Virus record (IMG/VR): IMGVR_UViG_3300028364_000014
Span: 62,001 to 126,000 of that record
DNA length: 64,000 nucleotides
Direction: 5' to 3' (one strand)
Position 1 is the stretch's first letter. Every line of letters begins with the position of its first letter. The notes under the pieces are model-generated. The model was not told where the DNA came from. It was given only the letters and a program-made list of their open reading frames with translations, and ran no database searches. Shown piece after piece: positions 21,169 to 31,306 of this stretch. The position numbers and the translations under genes are program-made.

Positions 21169-21606
21169 ATGTTTAATAGTAAAAAATTAGTACTATCTCT
21201 ACCAGCACACGAAATAGAATCTGGTGCAGTACAACAAATATCTCAATGTATTGGGGTAGACGTACTTGAAAAATTAGTAATACTACCAGATGTACATCAA
21301 GGATACGATATTCCAATTGGGTCTGTAGCCTTAATAGATGGGTATGTTTGGCCAGGAGCTGTTGGAGTTGATATCGGATGCGGGATGGGAAGTATAAATA
21401 CCCATCACACATTAGAAGAATTGAGTATGTTTAATAAAAATGATCGTATTGAGGTTTTTAAGGAAATACAAAAAATTATTCCTACAGGATATAGCACAGG
21501 AAATGGATATGATTTTAAATCATTTACTAATTATATAAATGATAAAGACTTCAACACTAATGTTATGAGTAGAATGAATATATCTATTGGTACTCTTGGG
21601 GGTGGT
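21169..21606 (+). CDS. rtcB: RtcB RNA ligase, exon 1
   Basis: LPDVHQGYDIPIG, VGVDIGCGM, ends GTLGGG. Confidence 0.9.
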
Positions 21607-21867
21607 AAAATGGTTGCTTCCAGCCCAAGAGGATAATATAAATATACTGAAATCTTTTCTAATTGACTTGGAATCCCACTATAGTAATTATATTGTGGGA
21701 GACAGGGGCGAACCCGAAAGGGACGTTGAGAGACTAAACGAAAAGATATCATCGAAATGGTAAAGCGATAGTCCGAACATCCGGTATAAGGTTTTCCGAA
21801 GCCGGAGAGATAGGCAGAAATGACCTATCCTTTATTTAGATCTATTAAATAAAGTAACAAATAACTG
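21607..21867 (+). ncRNA. group I self-splicing intron (261 nt, no ORF) in rtcB
   Basis: exon ends in U, intron ends in G; R-like gagagactaaacg and S-like aagcgatagtcc; P10 atggtt pairs with exon 2 aatcat; removal restores GTLGGG|NHF in frame. Confidence 0.9.
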
Positions 21868-22557
21868 AATCATTTTCAAAATATTGGAATAAATAATAAA
21901 GGGGAAGTAGGAGTTACTTTACATACAGGAAGTCGTAATCCTGGTAATATAGTAGGTAAATATTGGATGAATAGAGCAAAAAAGGACGGTATAAATTTTA
22001 ATGGTCTATATATGTATCCAATAAACTCTGAACTTGGTCAAGCTTATTATAATGATATGCTATGGGCAATTGATTACGCAGAGTTCAATAGATTTATTAT
22101 TATGAAAAACACTCTTAAACTATTGGGTCTTGATATAAAAAATTATATTAAAGATATGATAAATGAAACTCATAATCATGCAATTCTACTTCCCAATAAT
22201 AAACTTCTCCATAGAAAAGGAGCTACTCAAGCTGAAAAAGGTATAATGGGGGTAATTCCTGCTAATATGAGAGATGGTGTGTATATTACTAAAGGATTGG
22301 GTAATGCAGAATTTCTATCGTCAGCTAGTCACGGCGCTGGTAGAAAATTTTCAAGAACACAAGCAAAAAAGGTTGTGGATTTTGATGCTGTAGTAAATGA
22401 ATTAGAAGAACTAGATATTATTGTTAATATTACTCCTAAAAATAGTGATGAAAATCCAGGAGCATACAAAGACATTAAACACGTATTAAAATTACAAGAT
22501 GGTATTGTTGTAGATATTATTGATCATTTTATACCTAAAATAGTACATATAGGTTAA
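21868..22557 (+). CDS. rtcB: RtcB RNA ligase, exon 2
   Basis: NHF...LHTGSR, HN, HRKGAT, SASHGAGR, DENPGAYKDI; in frame with ORF 21967. Confidence 0.9.
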   Translation, partial: NHFQNIGINNKGEVGVTLHTGSRNPGNIVGKYWMNRAKKDGINFNGLYMYPINSELGQAYYNDMLWAIDYAEFNRFIIMKNTLKLLGLDIKNYIKDMINETHNHAILLPNNKLLHRKGATQAEKGIMGVIPANMRDGVYITKGLGNAEFLSSASHGAGRKFSRTQAKKVVDFDAVVNELEELDIIVNITPKNSDENPGAYKDIKHVLKLQDGIVVDIIDHFIPKIVHIG

Positions 22558-22727
22558 TTATTAAGATGGAGATATAATATCATGCATATTTCAGAAGCAC
22601 TAAAATTAAAACCAGGACAAAAAGTTCTTAGAGAAAAAGGTCGTAAAGAAGAACATGATGACTATATAAAAGATATGGAATATATGATGTCTTATGATGA
22701 TGATCATTAATTAAAGGAGTACAAAAT

Positions 22728-23207
22728 ATGTTTTATACTGGTGTAGGAAGTAGAAAAACTCCTCATAATATACTTACATTAATGACTTCAATTGCCCGTA
22801 AAATGAACTGGATGGGATATACTCTTAGAAGCGGTGGGGCAGAAGGTGCCGATAAAGCGTTTGAAGCAGGAGCAGATAATAATAAAAGTATATTTTATGC
22901 AAAAGATGCCACGTCAGAGGCAATGACAATAGCTGGTTCATTTCATCCAGCATGGCACAAATGTAGTAATTTTGCTAAGAAATTACATGGTAGAAACGCA
23001 TTTCAAGTACTAGGCTCACAATTAAACCACCCGTCTATATACTGTATATGTTGGACACCTGATGGGTGTAATAGTCATGCAACTAGACAATTTAGTACTG
23101 GAGGTACAGGTACAGCAATCAGTATCGCTGATGCCCGTGGTATCTATGTAACTAATCTCCAACGACCTGAAGAGTTTAAGAAATGGGCTGACTGGGTAAG
23201 GAAATAG
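22728..23207 (+). CDS. DprA/Smf-like (SLOG superfamily) protein
   Basis: YTGVGSRKTP, LRSGGAEGAD, GGTGTA. Confidence 0.75.
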   Translation: MFYTGVGSRKTPHNILTLMTSIARKMNWMGYTLRSGGAEGADKAFEAGADNNKSIFYAKDATSEAMTIAGSFHPAWHKCSNFAKKLHGRNAFQVLGSQLNHPSIYCICWTPDGCNSHATRQFSTGGTGTAISIADARGIYVTNLQRPEEFKKWADWVRK

Positions 23208-23335
23208 TATGATAGCACTAAACATCGTTAACTTATTGTGGTATCTTTTTGTATGGCTGCTTATACAGGTCAGTAAGGTGAATATATACACATTGAATTT
23301 AAGCTAATAAGTTGTAAGAGTGCCTGGAGGGCTTA

Positions 23336-23587
23336 ATGAAACGCGGTAATAACTATGTATGGACTAGAACTATAGGTAACAAAAAAATAGGTTCAGTAAG
23401 ATTATTTGATATGGAGGATATTTATTTAAGTAATTGCTTAGATTATGTTTATCGGCAAGTAAGGAGTGATGGTAAATATATAAAAGATAGTATTACTGGA
23501 TATATGTGGATACGATCTATTAAAAATGAATTAAAATGGAGGCATACTTCTAAGAAAACCAGTGGTTGTGATAGTATTTGGAGATAA
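23336..23587 (+). CDS. small protein, ends CDSIWR
   Basis: RBS ggagg, ORF. Confidence 0.7.
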   Translation: MKRGNNYVWTRTIGNKKIGSVRLFDMEDIYLSNCLDYVYRQVRSDGKYIKDSITGYMWIRSIKNELKWRHTSKKTSGCDSIWR

Positions 23588-23608
23588 TTTAAAAGAGGTA
23601 TATAATTA

Positions 23609-23899
23609 ATGGAGTCCTTACGATTACTTATTGTTATTTTAACAACCATTGCTCTTTTATTTATAATAATTATCTCAGTGTATAACATAGGAAATTTAAC
23701 TATAAAAAAAACACAAAATGAATTAGATAAAAATTCTAAAGATAATTACAAATTACTTTTAGAAATTAAAAAACTTAGAGATGAATTGGAAAAAGATATA
23801 AAAAAAGCTCATTTAGTAGAACAAAACATTCAAGAACAAGAATTAACTTTATTTAATAAAAACAACACAGATAGTTTTGAATATAGAAGCATTTGGTAA
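23609..23899 (+). CDS. membrane-anchored coiled-coil protein, ends YRSIW
   Basis: N-terminal TM helix then heptad-rich segment. Confidence 0.7.
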   Translation: MESLRLLIVILTTIALLFIIIISVYNIGNLTIKKTQNELDKNSKDNYKLLLEIKKLRDELEKDIKKAHLVEQNIQEQELTLFNKNNTDSFEYRSIW

Positions 23900-23917
23900 A
23901 ATCAAAGGGAATAAATA

Positions 23918-24202
23918 ATGAAACCTAAACTTATTGGTATGTATAAATCAATTTTTGATGAGAAAGAAATAGAAATGCAAGTATTAGATTTAGTTTATAC
24001 TTTAAGTAAAGAAAGACTTTATTTAACTAATTCAAATACTATATTTGATTTAATTATGTCTAGTAACAAATTCTATTCTAAAAAATATAATCTTTTTTGT
24101 ATGTCTGTTAAAACTGGTAATACTACTATAACTTCATTACATTCTTTAGATAATTTGAAATTTATTAATATCGATAAGAAAGGATGTAAAACTATTTGGT
24201 AA
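23918..24202 (+). CDS. small protein, ends CKTIW
   Basis: ORF. Confidence 0.7.
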   Translation: MKPKLIGMYKSIFDEKEIEMQVLDLVYTLSKERLYLTNSNTIFDLIMSSNKFYSKKYNLFCMSVKTGNTTITSLHSLDNLKFINIDKKGCKTIW

Positions 24203-24212
24203 AAGGAAAATT

Positions 24213-24476
24213 ATGAAATCGTATTATAGTAATACAAAAATTTATTTAACTAATTACACAAAAAATTCAATAATATCTAAAATTATTATTATTATACTAT
24301 TATGGGTTGTTGCTACTATTCCTTGTTGGATAGCTATCGGTATCAGTTCTCTACTTGGTGTTACCTCAGGAATAACCGCAGTAATTGCTTTTGGTATATT
24401 TATATTTTTTGCTGGGTCATTTCAAATACTTTTATGGGTATTGGCTATATTTTTAACAGTAACTATATTTCATTAA
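24213..24476 (+). CDS. small membrane protein
   Basis: hydrophobic helices. Confidence 0.6.
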   Translation: MKSYYSNTKIYLTNYTKNSIISKIIIIILLWVVATIPCWIAIGISSLLGVTSGITAVIAFGIFIFFAGSFQILLWVLAIFLTVTIFH

Positions 24477-24941
24477 TTAAAAATAATACTGATTAGTGCA
24501 AGGAAATCTTATGCTTGGTTATGAAAATATAATAAAAATAAAATTATTTGCACAAATATCTTCTGCAATATTAATAATGTTTATATCATTAGTTTATGTG
24601 TTAATTATACCTTTTTTAAAAAAAATACACAATTCCATAAAACTAGAATCTTTTGATTATACACCTAAACTTAATGAGCTGAATACAGGGAATAGTATTA
24701 TGTTTAGAAATTGGGGACAAAATAACATGGAGATACCAGTTAGAACTTATACTTTACTAGATAATAAATTATCAGTAGAGTTTACTAAAGGAGATTACCC
24801 ATATGTTAGCGGCGGTCCAAGTCCAGAATACTCATGGGTTTGGATATCTGAAAAAAATAGAATGGGATGGTCTAATAAAGAACCAAATTCAGTTGTTACG
24901 TTAATATTAAGTGATGGATTTGGTGATATTTGTGATAAAAT

Positions 24942-25883
24942 ATGCAAAGGTGTGTTATGAAATTTGATGTAACAAATTTAGGAATACGTGTTATAGCAAA
25001 TTCGGCAATGTCTAGGTATCCGTCATTATATCGTCCACAAGGAATAGAAGGTACTGTTTTATTTATAAAAAGTAATTTAGATTATTATGAAAAAATACGT
25101 TATATGGTTAAAATGGGCATGGTAATAGAATTAGCTTGTGCTCCTGAAATCGATGTTATAGCAGAAATAAAAGTACGTTGGGATAATAACAGATGTGCTT
25201 GGCATAATCAAGGATCGCTTGTTTATAGATACAGTAAAGGACCCAGATGTAATAGAATATGGTTTAATAATAAATTTCTAATTTCTGAAAGTAATGTACC
25301 GATAAGTATGTTAAAAATTAAAACTATTAATAGAATCCCAAGAAAATTTAAAACTGACTGGGAAGAAAAAGAATACTCATCTTCGATACGAAATATTAGT
25401 ACTTTAACATATTCAAAGTCCAGAGGAACATCTCCTAGTTACTTAGAACGTGGTTTAAAAACCACATATCAACTTAATAGACCTAATAAAAAATACACTT
25501 GCTACCTTGAGGACGAATCTACAGTATCACATAAAAAGCTAGCTAGTTCAAATTTTTTTAAAAAGTATGCAATAAAAAAAGAACCTAATCCATGTATAGA
25601 GATTAATGAATTAGACTTTTCAAAAGAATTAGAATCAATAGTTGAACCAGAATTACCTCATTACTCTTTAAAGAAAGAAACTTTTAATCCGTTTATTACT
25701 GCTACTAAAGATTCTAAAAATTCTAAGAAAATCAAGTCTACTTTAGAGATCAATAAACTTATAAAAAAACCAGTAATTAATCCAATCTCTCCTGAAGAAA
25801 TGAGGAAAATTAAGAAAGCAAACAGTACTTCTTTACGTGAATTTTTAAATAAAAAAGAGAAAAAAAGGAGACGTAAAGTATAA
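24942..25883 (+). CDS. hypothetical protein, N-terminal family B-like domain with internal CNRIW
   Basis: IKVRWDNN; Lys-rich C-terminal half. Confidence 0.6.
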   Translation: MQRCVMKFDVTNLGIRVIANSAMSRYPSLYRPQGIEGTVLFIKSNLDYYEKIRYMVKMGMVIELACAPEIDVIAEIKVRWDNNRCAWHNQGSLVYRYSKGPRCNRIWFNNKFLISESNVPISMLKIKTINRIPRKFKTDWEEKEYSSSIRNISTLTYSKSRGTSPSYLERGLKTTYQLNRPNKKYTCYLEDESTVSHKKLASSNFFKKYAIKKEPNPCIEINELDFSKELESIVEPELPHYSLKKETFNPFITATKDSKNSKKIKSTLEINKLIKKPVINPISPEEMRKIKKANSTSLREFLNKKEKKRRRKV

Positions 25884-25885
25884 TC

Positions 25886-26176
25886 ATGTTTAAAGTAATA
25901 TTAAATACTCGTCGACATGGAATTTCTAAAAGTAATCCAGTATTTGGATCTGAGTATCAATGCGAAGGTATTATAGACAGTTATTACACAAGCGGTTCTG
26001 GTAGAAACATTGGTTGTCCTACCTTAAAAGAATTTATAGATTTAAATACTGAAGGGACTATTAAAGGACTTAACATTCAATGGGATAATGGTACTAATAA
26101 TTCATATAGAATTGATGATTTAACTATTTCAACCACTGATGAATCCGTGACAGGTATATGTAATACTATTTGGTAA
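25886..26176 (+). CDS. small protein, family B (SH3/MIB-HERC2-like), ends CNTIW
   Basis: IQWDNGTNNSYRIDDL. Confidence 0.7.
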   Translation: MFKVILNTRRHGISKSNPVFGSEYQCEGIIDSYYTSGSGRNIGCPTLKEFIDLNTEGTIKGLNIQWDNGTNNSYRIDDLTISTTDESVTGICNTIW

Positions 26177-26186
26177 AGAGGATAAT

Positions 26187-26636
26187 ATGGACTGGAAACC
26201 AGAACAAGATGGATATACACATATTAATATATACTCTAAAGGAAAAACTGTATTAGGATGTTTTTTAACTAACTTTTCTTTTTCTCCTATAATTACTAAT
26301 GATGGTAATTTTCAATCTATTGAAGGTTATTGGTATTGGCTAAGTACTCATGATGAAAGATTACGTACTCTTGTTGGTTGGGATGCCAAAAAACGAGGAA
26401 GAGCGTTGGATAGGCACTTTGAATTTACTGATATAGAATTTCAACAAAAAATAAGAGAAGCGTGTTGGATTAAAATTCACTCTAATCAAGCAATGTTTAA
26501 TTTATTCAAAGAATCTACTATACCATTTACTCATTATTACGTATTCCATAATGGTTTTGCTAAAACTGTTGGGTTTGAATGGCAAGTTGAAATGTGGGAA
26601 CAATTTAGAGTCTATATAAGGAATGGTTATCAATGA
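26187..26636 (+). CDS. conserved large-phage protein, possibly NADAR-related
   Basis: DGYTHINIYSKGKT.LG.FLTNF...F.SIEGYW. Confidence 0.5.
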   Translation: MDWKPEQDGYTHINIYSKGKTVLGCFLTNFSFSPIITNDGNFQSIEGYWYWLSTHDERLRTLVGWDAKKRGRALDRHFEFTDIEFQQKIREACWIKIHSNQAMFNLFKESTIPFTHYYVFHNGFAKTVGFEWQVEMWEQFRVYIRNGYQ

Positions 26637-26868
26637 GTTATTTAATTAAAAAAACATTTAGCTCAATGATAGTTCTCAAGTACGGTGAAAAAGAACGAAA
26701 AATACTAGATGATGTGGTTGCTTTCGATATAATACATTGTATAGAATTAACTTTCTCTTCACTTAATGAATATAATAATAGTAAACATATTAAGGAATTA
26801 AAATTATTTTTACCTGATTATTTTACAATTTTGAATATTAAAAACAAATTAAAGGATAAATTAATAGA

Positions 26869-27798
26869 ATGACTAAAGATATATCAAAACTACCACTAAA
26901 AAAAGTAAAAATTGGGGTAAGTCAGCCAAGTTATAAGGTTAAATGGGCTTTATATCATGATCCTGTGACGGTATTTGAAAATCAAGAATTATCTTTCCCT
27001 AAAGCCATTAATGATGGCACAGAAATACATGATTCAGTGTGTTACTCGTCTGTAATTCATCATTACAAATCACTTAGTAAAGAAAAAAATATACCTAATA
27101 GAATTTACACAGAATTAGATTTAAATCCAGATCCAACCAATAAAAACCTTCCTTATCTTTTAAGAAAAGAGATGAGGGAATGGCTTGAGATTTGTATAGC
27201 CAATTTTACACTCCCAAAAAATATAAACCCTATTAAATCCGTACCTTCTACTAAAAAAGGTATAATGGTTCTTGACTTGGAAACTGCAGATAGTACTTTT
27301 ACTTATCTTTATTTAGCTATGTTCAGACATATTAGAGAATCACCGTCATTAGTAAAATCTGTATTATTTCTTCATAAAGAACATAAATTAGACTTTTATA
27401 TTGCTTATGTTTTAGCGTCCTCTTTTAATGTCACCGGTGAAGGGCATCATCCTATAAAGGTTAATAATAGTCCTTATTGTCATAATAAACCTATACCAAA
27501 ACAGATGTCAGATAACATTAACCTTAAAGCTGCTTGTAGTTTATATAGGGCAGTAAATGAAGAAGGTTTGGTAGATGTAGTTCCTTTAAGTGATGCTACT
27601 AACTGGCTTTGTGGTAATAAAATCAGTGAACTATGTAAAAAAGATTTTATAGTACCAATTTCTGATTTACTAGATGAAGAACTTATTAAAGTAGTTCATT
27701 CTTCTAATGATGAGGAAGCTATTAAACACTTTGAACTTTATAGTCAATTACCCAAACCTAAAGGATTTGGGCTTGCAGTTAATCGCAAGCTGATTTAA
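26869..27798 (+). CDS. hypothetical protein whose 3' end is replaced by the IscB element
   Basis: last codons read into the element left end at 27743. Confidence 0.65.
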   Translation: MTKDISKLPLKKVKIGVSQPSYKVKWALYHDPVTVFENQELSFPKAINDGTEIHDSVCYSSVIHHYKSLSKEKNIPNRIYTELDLNPDPTNKNLPYLLRKEMREWLEICIANFTLPKNINPIKSVPSTKKGIMVLDLETADSTFTYLYLAMFRHIRESPSLVKSVLFLHKEHKLDFYIAYVLASSFNVTGEGHHPIKVNNSPYCHNKPIPKQMSDNINLKAACSLYRAVNEEGLVDVVPLSDATNWLCGNKISELCKKDFIVPISDLLDEELIKVVHSSNDEEAIKHFELYSQLPKPKGFGLAVNRKLI

Positions 27799-28005
27799 TT
27801 CAGGATTGAACAGACGTTTAATCAAAGGCTCACCTACGGATGCCACTCCCAGTCCGTAGCAATGGAGGTAAGCGGAGCATTACAAGTCCTCATTGCTGAT
27901 TAGTAGGTAACGAAGATCAGTATTACTTTTGATTAAGTCGGGGGAGACGAACCGAACTATTGAACTATTCTTAGTTTGCCCGATCAATGGGTTTTTATTA
28001 AGAGG
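27743..28005 (+). ncRNA. omegaRNA (HEARO-like) scaffold
   Basis: structured non-coding leader of iscB: gtcaa...ttgaacagac, ctacggatgccactcccagtccgtag hairpin, gtcgggggagac. Confidence 0.8.
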
Positions 28006-28010
28006 TAAAA

Positions 28011-29501
28011 ATGATTTACATTATAGACGCAAGGAACAAGATAGGTCACCCGACCAAGAAACATGATATGATAGGTCGATTGATCCGAAACGAGAAAGCA
28101 AAGATTATTAAGAGATTGAACAAGGATGTTATGATCGTTCAATTATTAACAAAGGTTTTTTCTAAAAGTGAAACAATTGATTGTGAATTTAGGATAGGTA
28201 TTGATCCTGGATATGCAAATATTGGATTTGCTGTGTTTAAAATACATGGCAACATTATCACTAAACTTATTAATGGAGAGGCATATTTACGAACAAAAAA
28301 AATCAAAGAAGGGCTTGATGCTAAGAGAATGTATCGCCGTAATCGAAGATATATAGCTCGAAAGAATATTAAAAAGAAACATGGAATAGGTCAAGCCAAA
28401 TTCAAACATCCTGTTTGGAAAAATCGAAACAAACATAAGTTTCAACCTACTCATCTTCATTTAATTCAATCGCATGAAAATGTGCTGGCAAAATTGTTGA
28501 AACTAATTCCAATCGAACAAGTTAAAATTCATTTGGAATATAATAACTTTGATTTTCATAAAATGATTAATCCTAAGATACAATCTTTTTGGTATCAAAA
28601 AGGGTTACAGTTTGGTTTTGAGAATATAAAAAGTTATGTGAGGAATCGAGACAACTATCAATGTCAAATTTGCAAAAAGGATGTTGGTAATATCAGGAAT
28701 GAAGTTCACCATATCAAATGGAAAAGTAATGGTGGATCAGATCGACCTGAAAATTTAATATTGTTGTGTGAAGGCTGCCACAACAAGGTCCATAAAAAAG
28801 GATTGAGTTGTCCAGATAGATCTATTTCAGTAAATGGATACCGTAATGCTGGAGTTTTAAATTCAGTTATGGAAACAATATGGAGTAAGTTTGAAGATCA
28901 ATGTCCAGTTCAAGACACCTATGGTTATATCACAAGTGGTGTTCGGAACCGAGACAACATTATTAAATCTCACGACAATGACGCAAGCGTTATTGCCTTC
29001 AACGATAGCTTGGGAAGTCAAAACTTTGAGGATTGTTCTTGGAAGGATTATAGCTCTAAATTAAATATGAATCAGTTCCCCAAGCATACCCGATCATTCA
29101 CATTAAGACATACTGACCGTAGATATGTAATTTTAAATTCTAAATTGCCTGAAAAGAAGAGAACTATAGTGGCTTGGAATCGCAAACGAAGGGCGGGCCA
29201 AGATCCTAAGAAGCAAAGCCTTGCCGAGTTGAAGCAATCTCTTATGATTGATGGAAGATTGAATTCAACGGTTATTGTTGTAATCCCAGGGCAGAAGGTA
29301 ATGAGAAGTTTGATCACTGATTACAAAATTCGAAAAGGTGATGTTGTCAATGTGGAATCAACAATACGAGTCTGTAAAGGTGTGCAAAACAAAGGTACGG
29401 TTGTTACTTTTGAAAATGATTTAAACCCAAAGAAATTAGATACATTTGGAACTAAAAAATGTCATAAAATGATAAACAATTGTGGATTGGTGACTTATTA
29501 A
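28011..29501 (+). CDS. iscB: IscB RNA-guided endonuclease (RuvC + HNH)
   Basis: IGIDPG (RuvC-I), RMYRRNRR bridge helix, HLE (RuvC-II), RDNYQCQIC..HHI..GGSDRPENLILLC..CH (HNH), SHDNDA (RuvC-III). Confidence 0.92.
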   Translation: MIYIIDARNKIGHPTKKHDMIGRLIRNEKAKIIKRLNKDVMIVQLLTKVFSKSETIDCEFRIGIDPGYANIGFAVFKIHGNIITKLINGEAYLRTKKIKEGLDAKRMYRRNRRYIARKNIKKKHGIGQAKFKHPVWKNRNKHKFQPTHLHLIQSHENVLAKLLKLIPIEQVKIHLEYNNFDFHKMINPKIQSFWYQKGLQFGFENIKSYVRNRDNYQCQICKKDVGNIRNEVHHIKWKSNGGSDRPENLILLCEGCHNKVHKKGLSCPDRSISVNGYRNAGVLNSVMETIWSKFEDQCPVQDTYGYITSGVRNRDNIIKSHDNDASVIAFNDSLGSQNFEDCSWKDYSSKLNMNQFPKHTRSFTLRHTDRRYVILNSKLPEKKRTIVAWNRKRRAGQDPKKQSLAELKQSLMIDGRLNSTVIVVIPGQKVMRSLITDYKIRKGDVVNVESTIRVCKGVQNKGTVVTFENDLNPKKLDTFGTKKCHKMINNCGLVTY

Positions 29502-29659
29502 TACTCTTATTACGGTAAATAAATCATATCTAACAAAAACTGCTAAAGCAAAGGCTTATATCCCAAAGCTGAAGCATTGGGTTTTACGGCCTAAAGGCCG
29601 AACCGATAAAAACAATGAAAACAAAGATTTGTAATTTTAAATAAAAAAGGTGGGGTTTA

Positions 29660-30205
29660 ATGAACACAATTTTCGCAATAGAAAAAATTAATAAAACAAG
29701 AGAATATCTTGATAGCATCGAAAAACATATTCTAAATGTAAAAAAAGCATTTGAAATTGTTAAAAACAAATGTTCAGATTTGCCTTTTATGGATAATCTT
29801 TTTTTGCATCATCTTAATATAGAAGTTAGATGTCAAGACAGCACAAAACTTTCTGAGGATGTCTTTATTAAAGATCGTCAAACTTTATATCCAACAAGCT
29901 ATGAGAATTTTCCTGATATAATTGACAACTTAAACGAAATTGATTATCATTATACAAAAGTATGGCCTAAAACTTGTGAAAAACATCCTAAGAGTAAAGA
30001 TATGTATAAACTATATTGCACTCATATGGTTATTAATTGGATGGCAAAAGGATTTGAAAGTAATGAGTCTATTCAAGAATATTATTTAAGAAATCAATCA
30101 GAGATAGAAATTCCCACATATGCAAAAAAATTTGTAGACGAATTAATTTTTCATATCGAATCTCAAATCGAAGAAGACCTCGAAACTTATAGACCGTCTA
30201 TGTAG
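29660..30205 (+). CDS. DUF5662/HD-like protein, degenerate
   Basis: KHILNV..., QDSTKLS in place of HD.SK.S, MVINWMA. Confidence 0.4.
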   Translation: MNTIFAIEKINKTREYLDSIEKHILNVKKAFEIVKNKCSDLPFMDNLFLHHLNIEVRCQDSTKLSEDVFIKDRQTLYPTSYENFPDIIDNLNEIDYHYTKVWPKTCEKHPKSKDMYKLYCTHMVINWMAKGFESNESIQEYYLRNQSEIEIPTYAKKFVDELIFHIESQIEEDLETYRPSM

Positions 30206-30400
30206 TTTTTATTATTGATATTAAACGAAGTGTTTTTATAGGAAGGTCAATGGGCGTTAATTATATTATCAAAGATATTGAATCAAAAGAGGTCAACGGC
30301 ATAAAATGTCCACTAGTAACAATAAAGTTTATTTTATGCCATTAGAAGCAATGAGAAATCCAGCTATACTTATTGGTGCTATGCAAAAGTGAGGTAAAAT

Positions 30401-30790
30401 ATGTTTGATTTGAATTCTTTTATTATTGACGGTATAAAACTCTTTATTCTTGCAATTTTTATTTTTTCATTCATGTCTTTTTGTTTTAAACTTAAAATTT
30501 CTATAGAAAATAATGATTCAGGTAATTTTAGCAGGATTATTTGGAATAAGCGATGGTATATATTTATTATTATAATTTCACTTATTAGTATGATTTCTGT
30601 TTTTAATTTAGAACAAGCGTATCGACCTAAGAATATTTTAACCACTAACACTTCTCCTACAATTATGGGATCAAATGAGTCTCGTAAAATACCTATTAAA
30701 AATATAGAACCAATAAATCGTGAATTAATTTATAAAAAAAATAAACAACAAGGAGAATACGCCAAAAAGATTTTTAAAGACCTTAAATAA
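30401..30790 (+). CDS. membrane protein
   Basis: two hydrophobic helices. Confidence 0.6.
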   Translation: MFDLNSFIIDGIKLFILAIFIFSFMSFCFKLKISIENNDSGNFSRIIWNKRWYIFIIIISLISMISVFNLEQAYRPKNILTTNTSPTIMGSNESRKIPIKNIEPINRELIYKKNKQQGEYAKKIFKDLK

Positions 30791-30829
30791 TTAAATTAAA
30801 AAATTAAAATTTTATTACAGGAGTTAATT

Positions 30830-31276
30830 ATGAAAGGTAATTTAATAGATTTTGCAGAACAAGGTGTTTTTAATGTAATTATACACGGTTGTAATTGTTT
30901 TCATGTTATGGGGGCAGGCATAGCAAAAGAAATCAAATGCAGGTATCCTAAAGCATATGAAGCTGACATTACACACACCATTAAAGGAGATGAAACAAAA
31001 TTAGGGCATTATTCTTACGCACTTATTGAAACTGTAGATAGACCTTTTACTATAATTAATGGTTATACTCAATATGCTTATGGAAAAGGGGGACCACATA
31101 TAAACTATAAAGCTATTCAATCAGTATTTCGTCGTGTAGCAAAACAGTATTTTACTTCTGTTATAGGATACCCTTATATCGGGGCTGGACTGGGTGGAGG
31201 AGATTGGTCAATAATCCAAAAAATTATAAATGAAGAATTAAAAAATATATCTCATCATCTAGTAACATTTAAATAG
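30830..31276 (+). CDS. macro domain (ADP-ribose) protein
   Basis: IHGCNCFHVMGAGIA, YPYIGAGLGGGDW. Confidence 0.9.
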   Translation: MKGNLIDFAEQGVFNVIIHGCNCFHVMGAGIAKEIKCRYPKAYEADITHTIKGDETKLGHYSYALIETVDRPFTIINGYTQYAYGKGGPHINYKAIQSVFRRVAKQYFTSVIGYPYIGAGLGGGDWSIIQKIINEELKNISHHLVTFK

Positions 31277-31306
31277 GAATAATGTAATTAATACTTTATA
31301 TTAAAA

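Larger units (their letters stand above)
27743..29590 (+). mobile_element. IS200/IS605-family IscB element, non-autonomous (no tnpA)
   Basis: left end gtcaattacccaaacctaaaggatttggg, right end cccaaagctgaagcattgggttttacggc, iscB inside. Confidence 0.85.

Noticed and set aside
21094-22557. rtcB as a pseudogene or two separate genes
   Set aside because: The gap has group I intron hallmarks and its removal restores the frame and the GGGNH motif
15326-26176. IW tag as merely a DNA motif (tatttggtaa plus next RBS)
   Set aside because: Synonymous codon variation, a constant reading frame and copies with extra residues before the stop favour protein-level selection, though a DNA role is not fully excluded
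28011-29501. Cas9 or TnpB
   Set aside because: Too short for Cas9 with no REC lobe or array; has HNH and an upstream RNA, which fits IscB rather than TnpB
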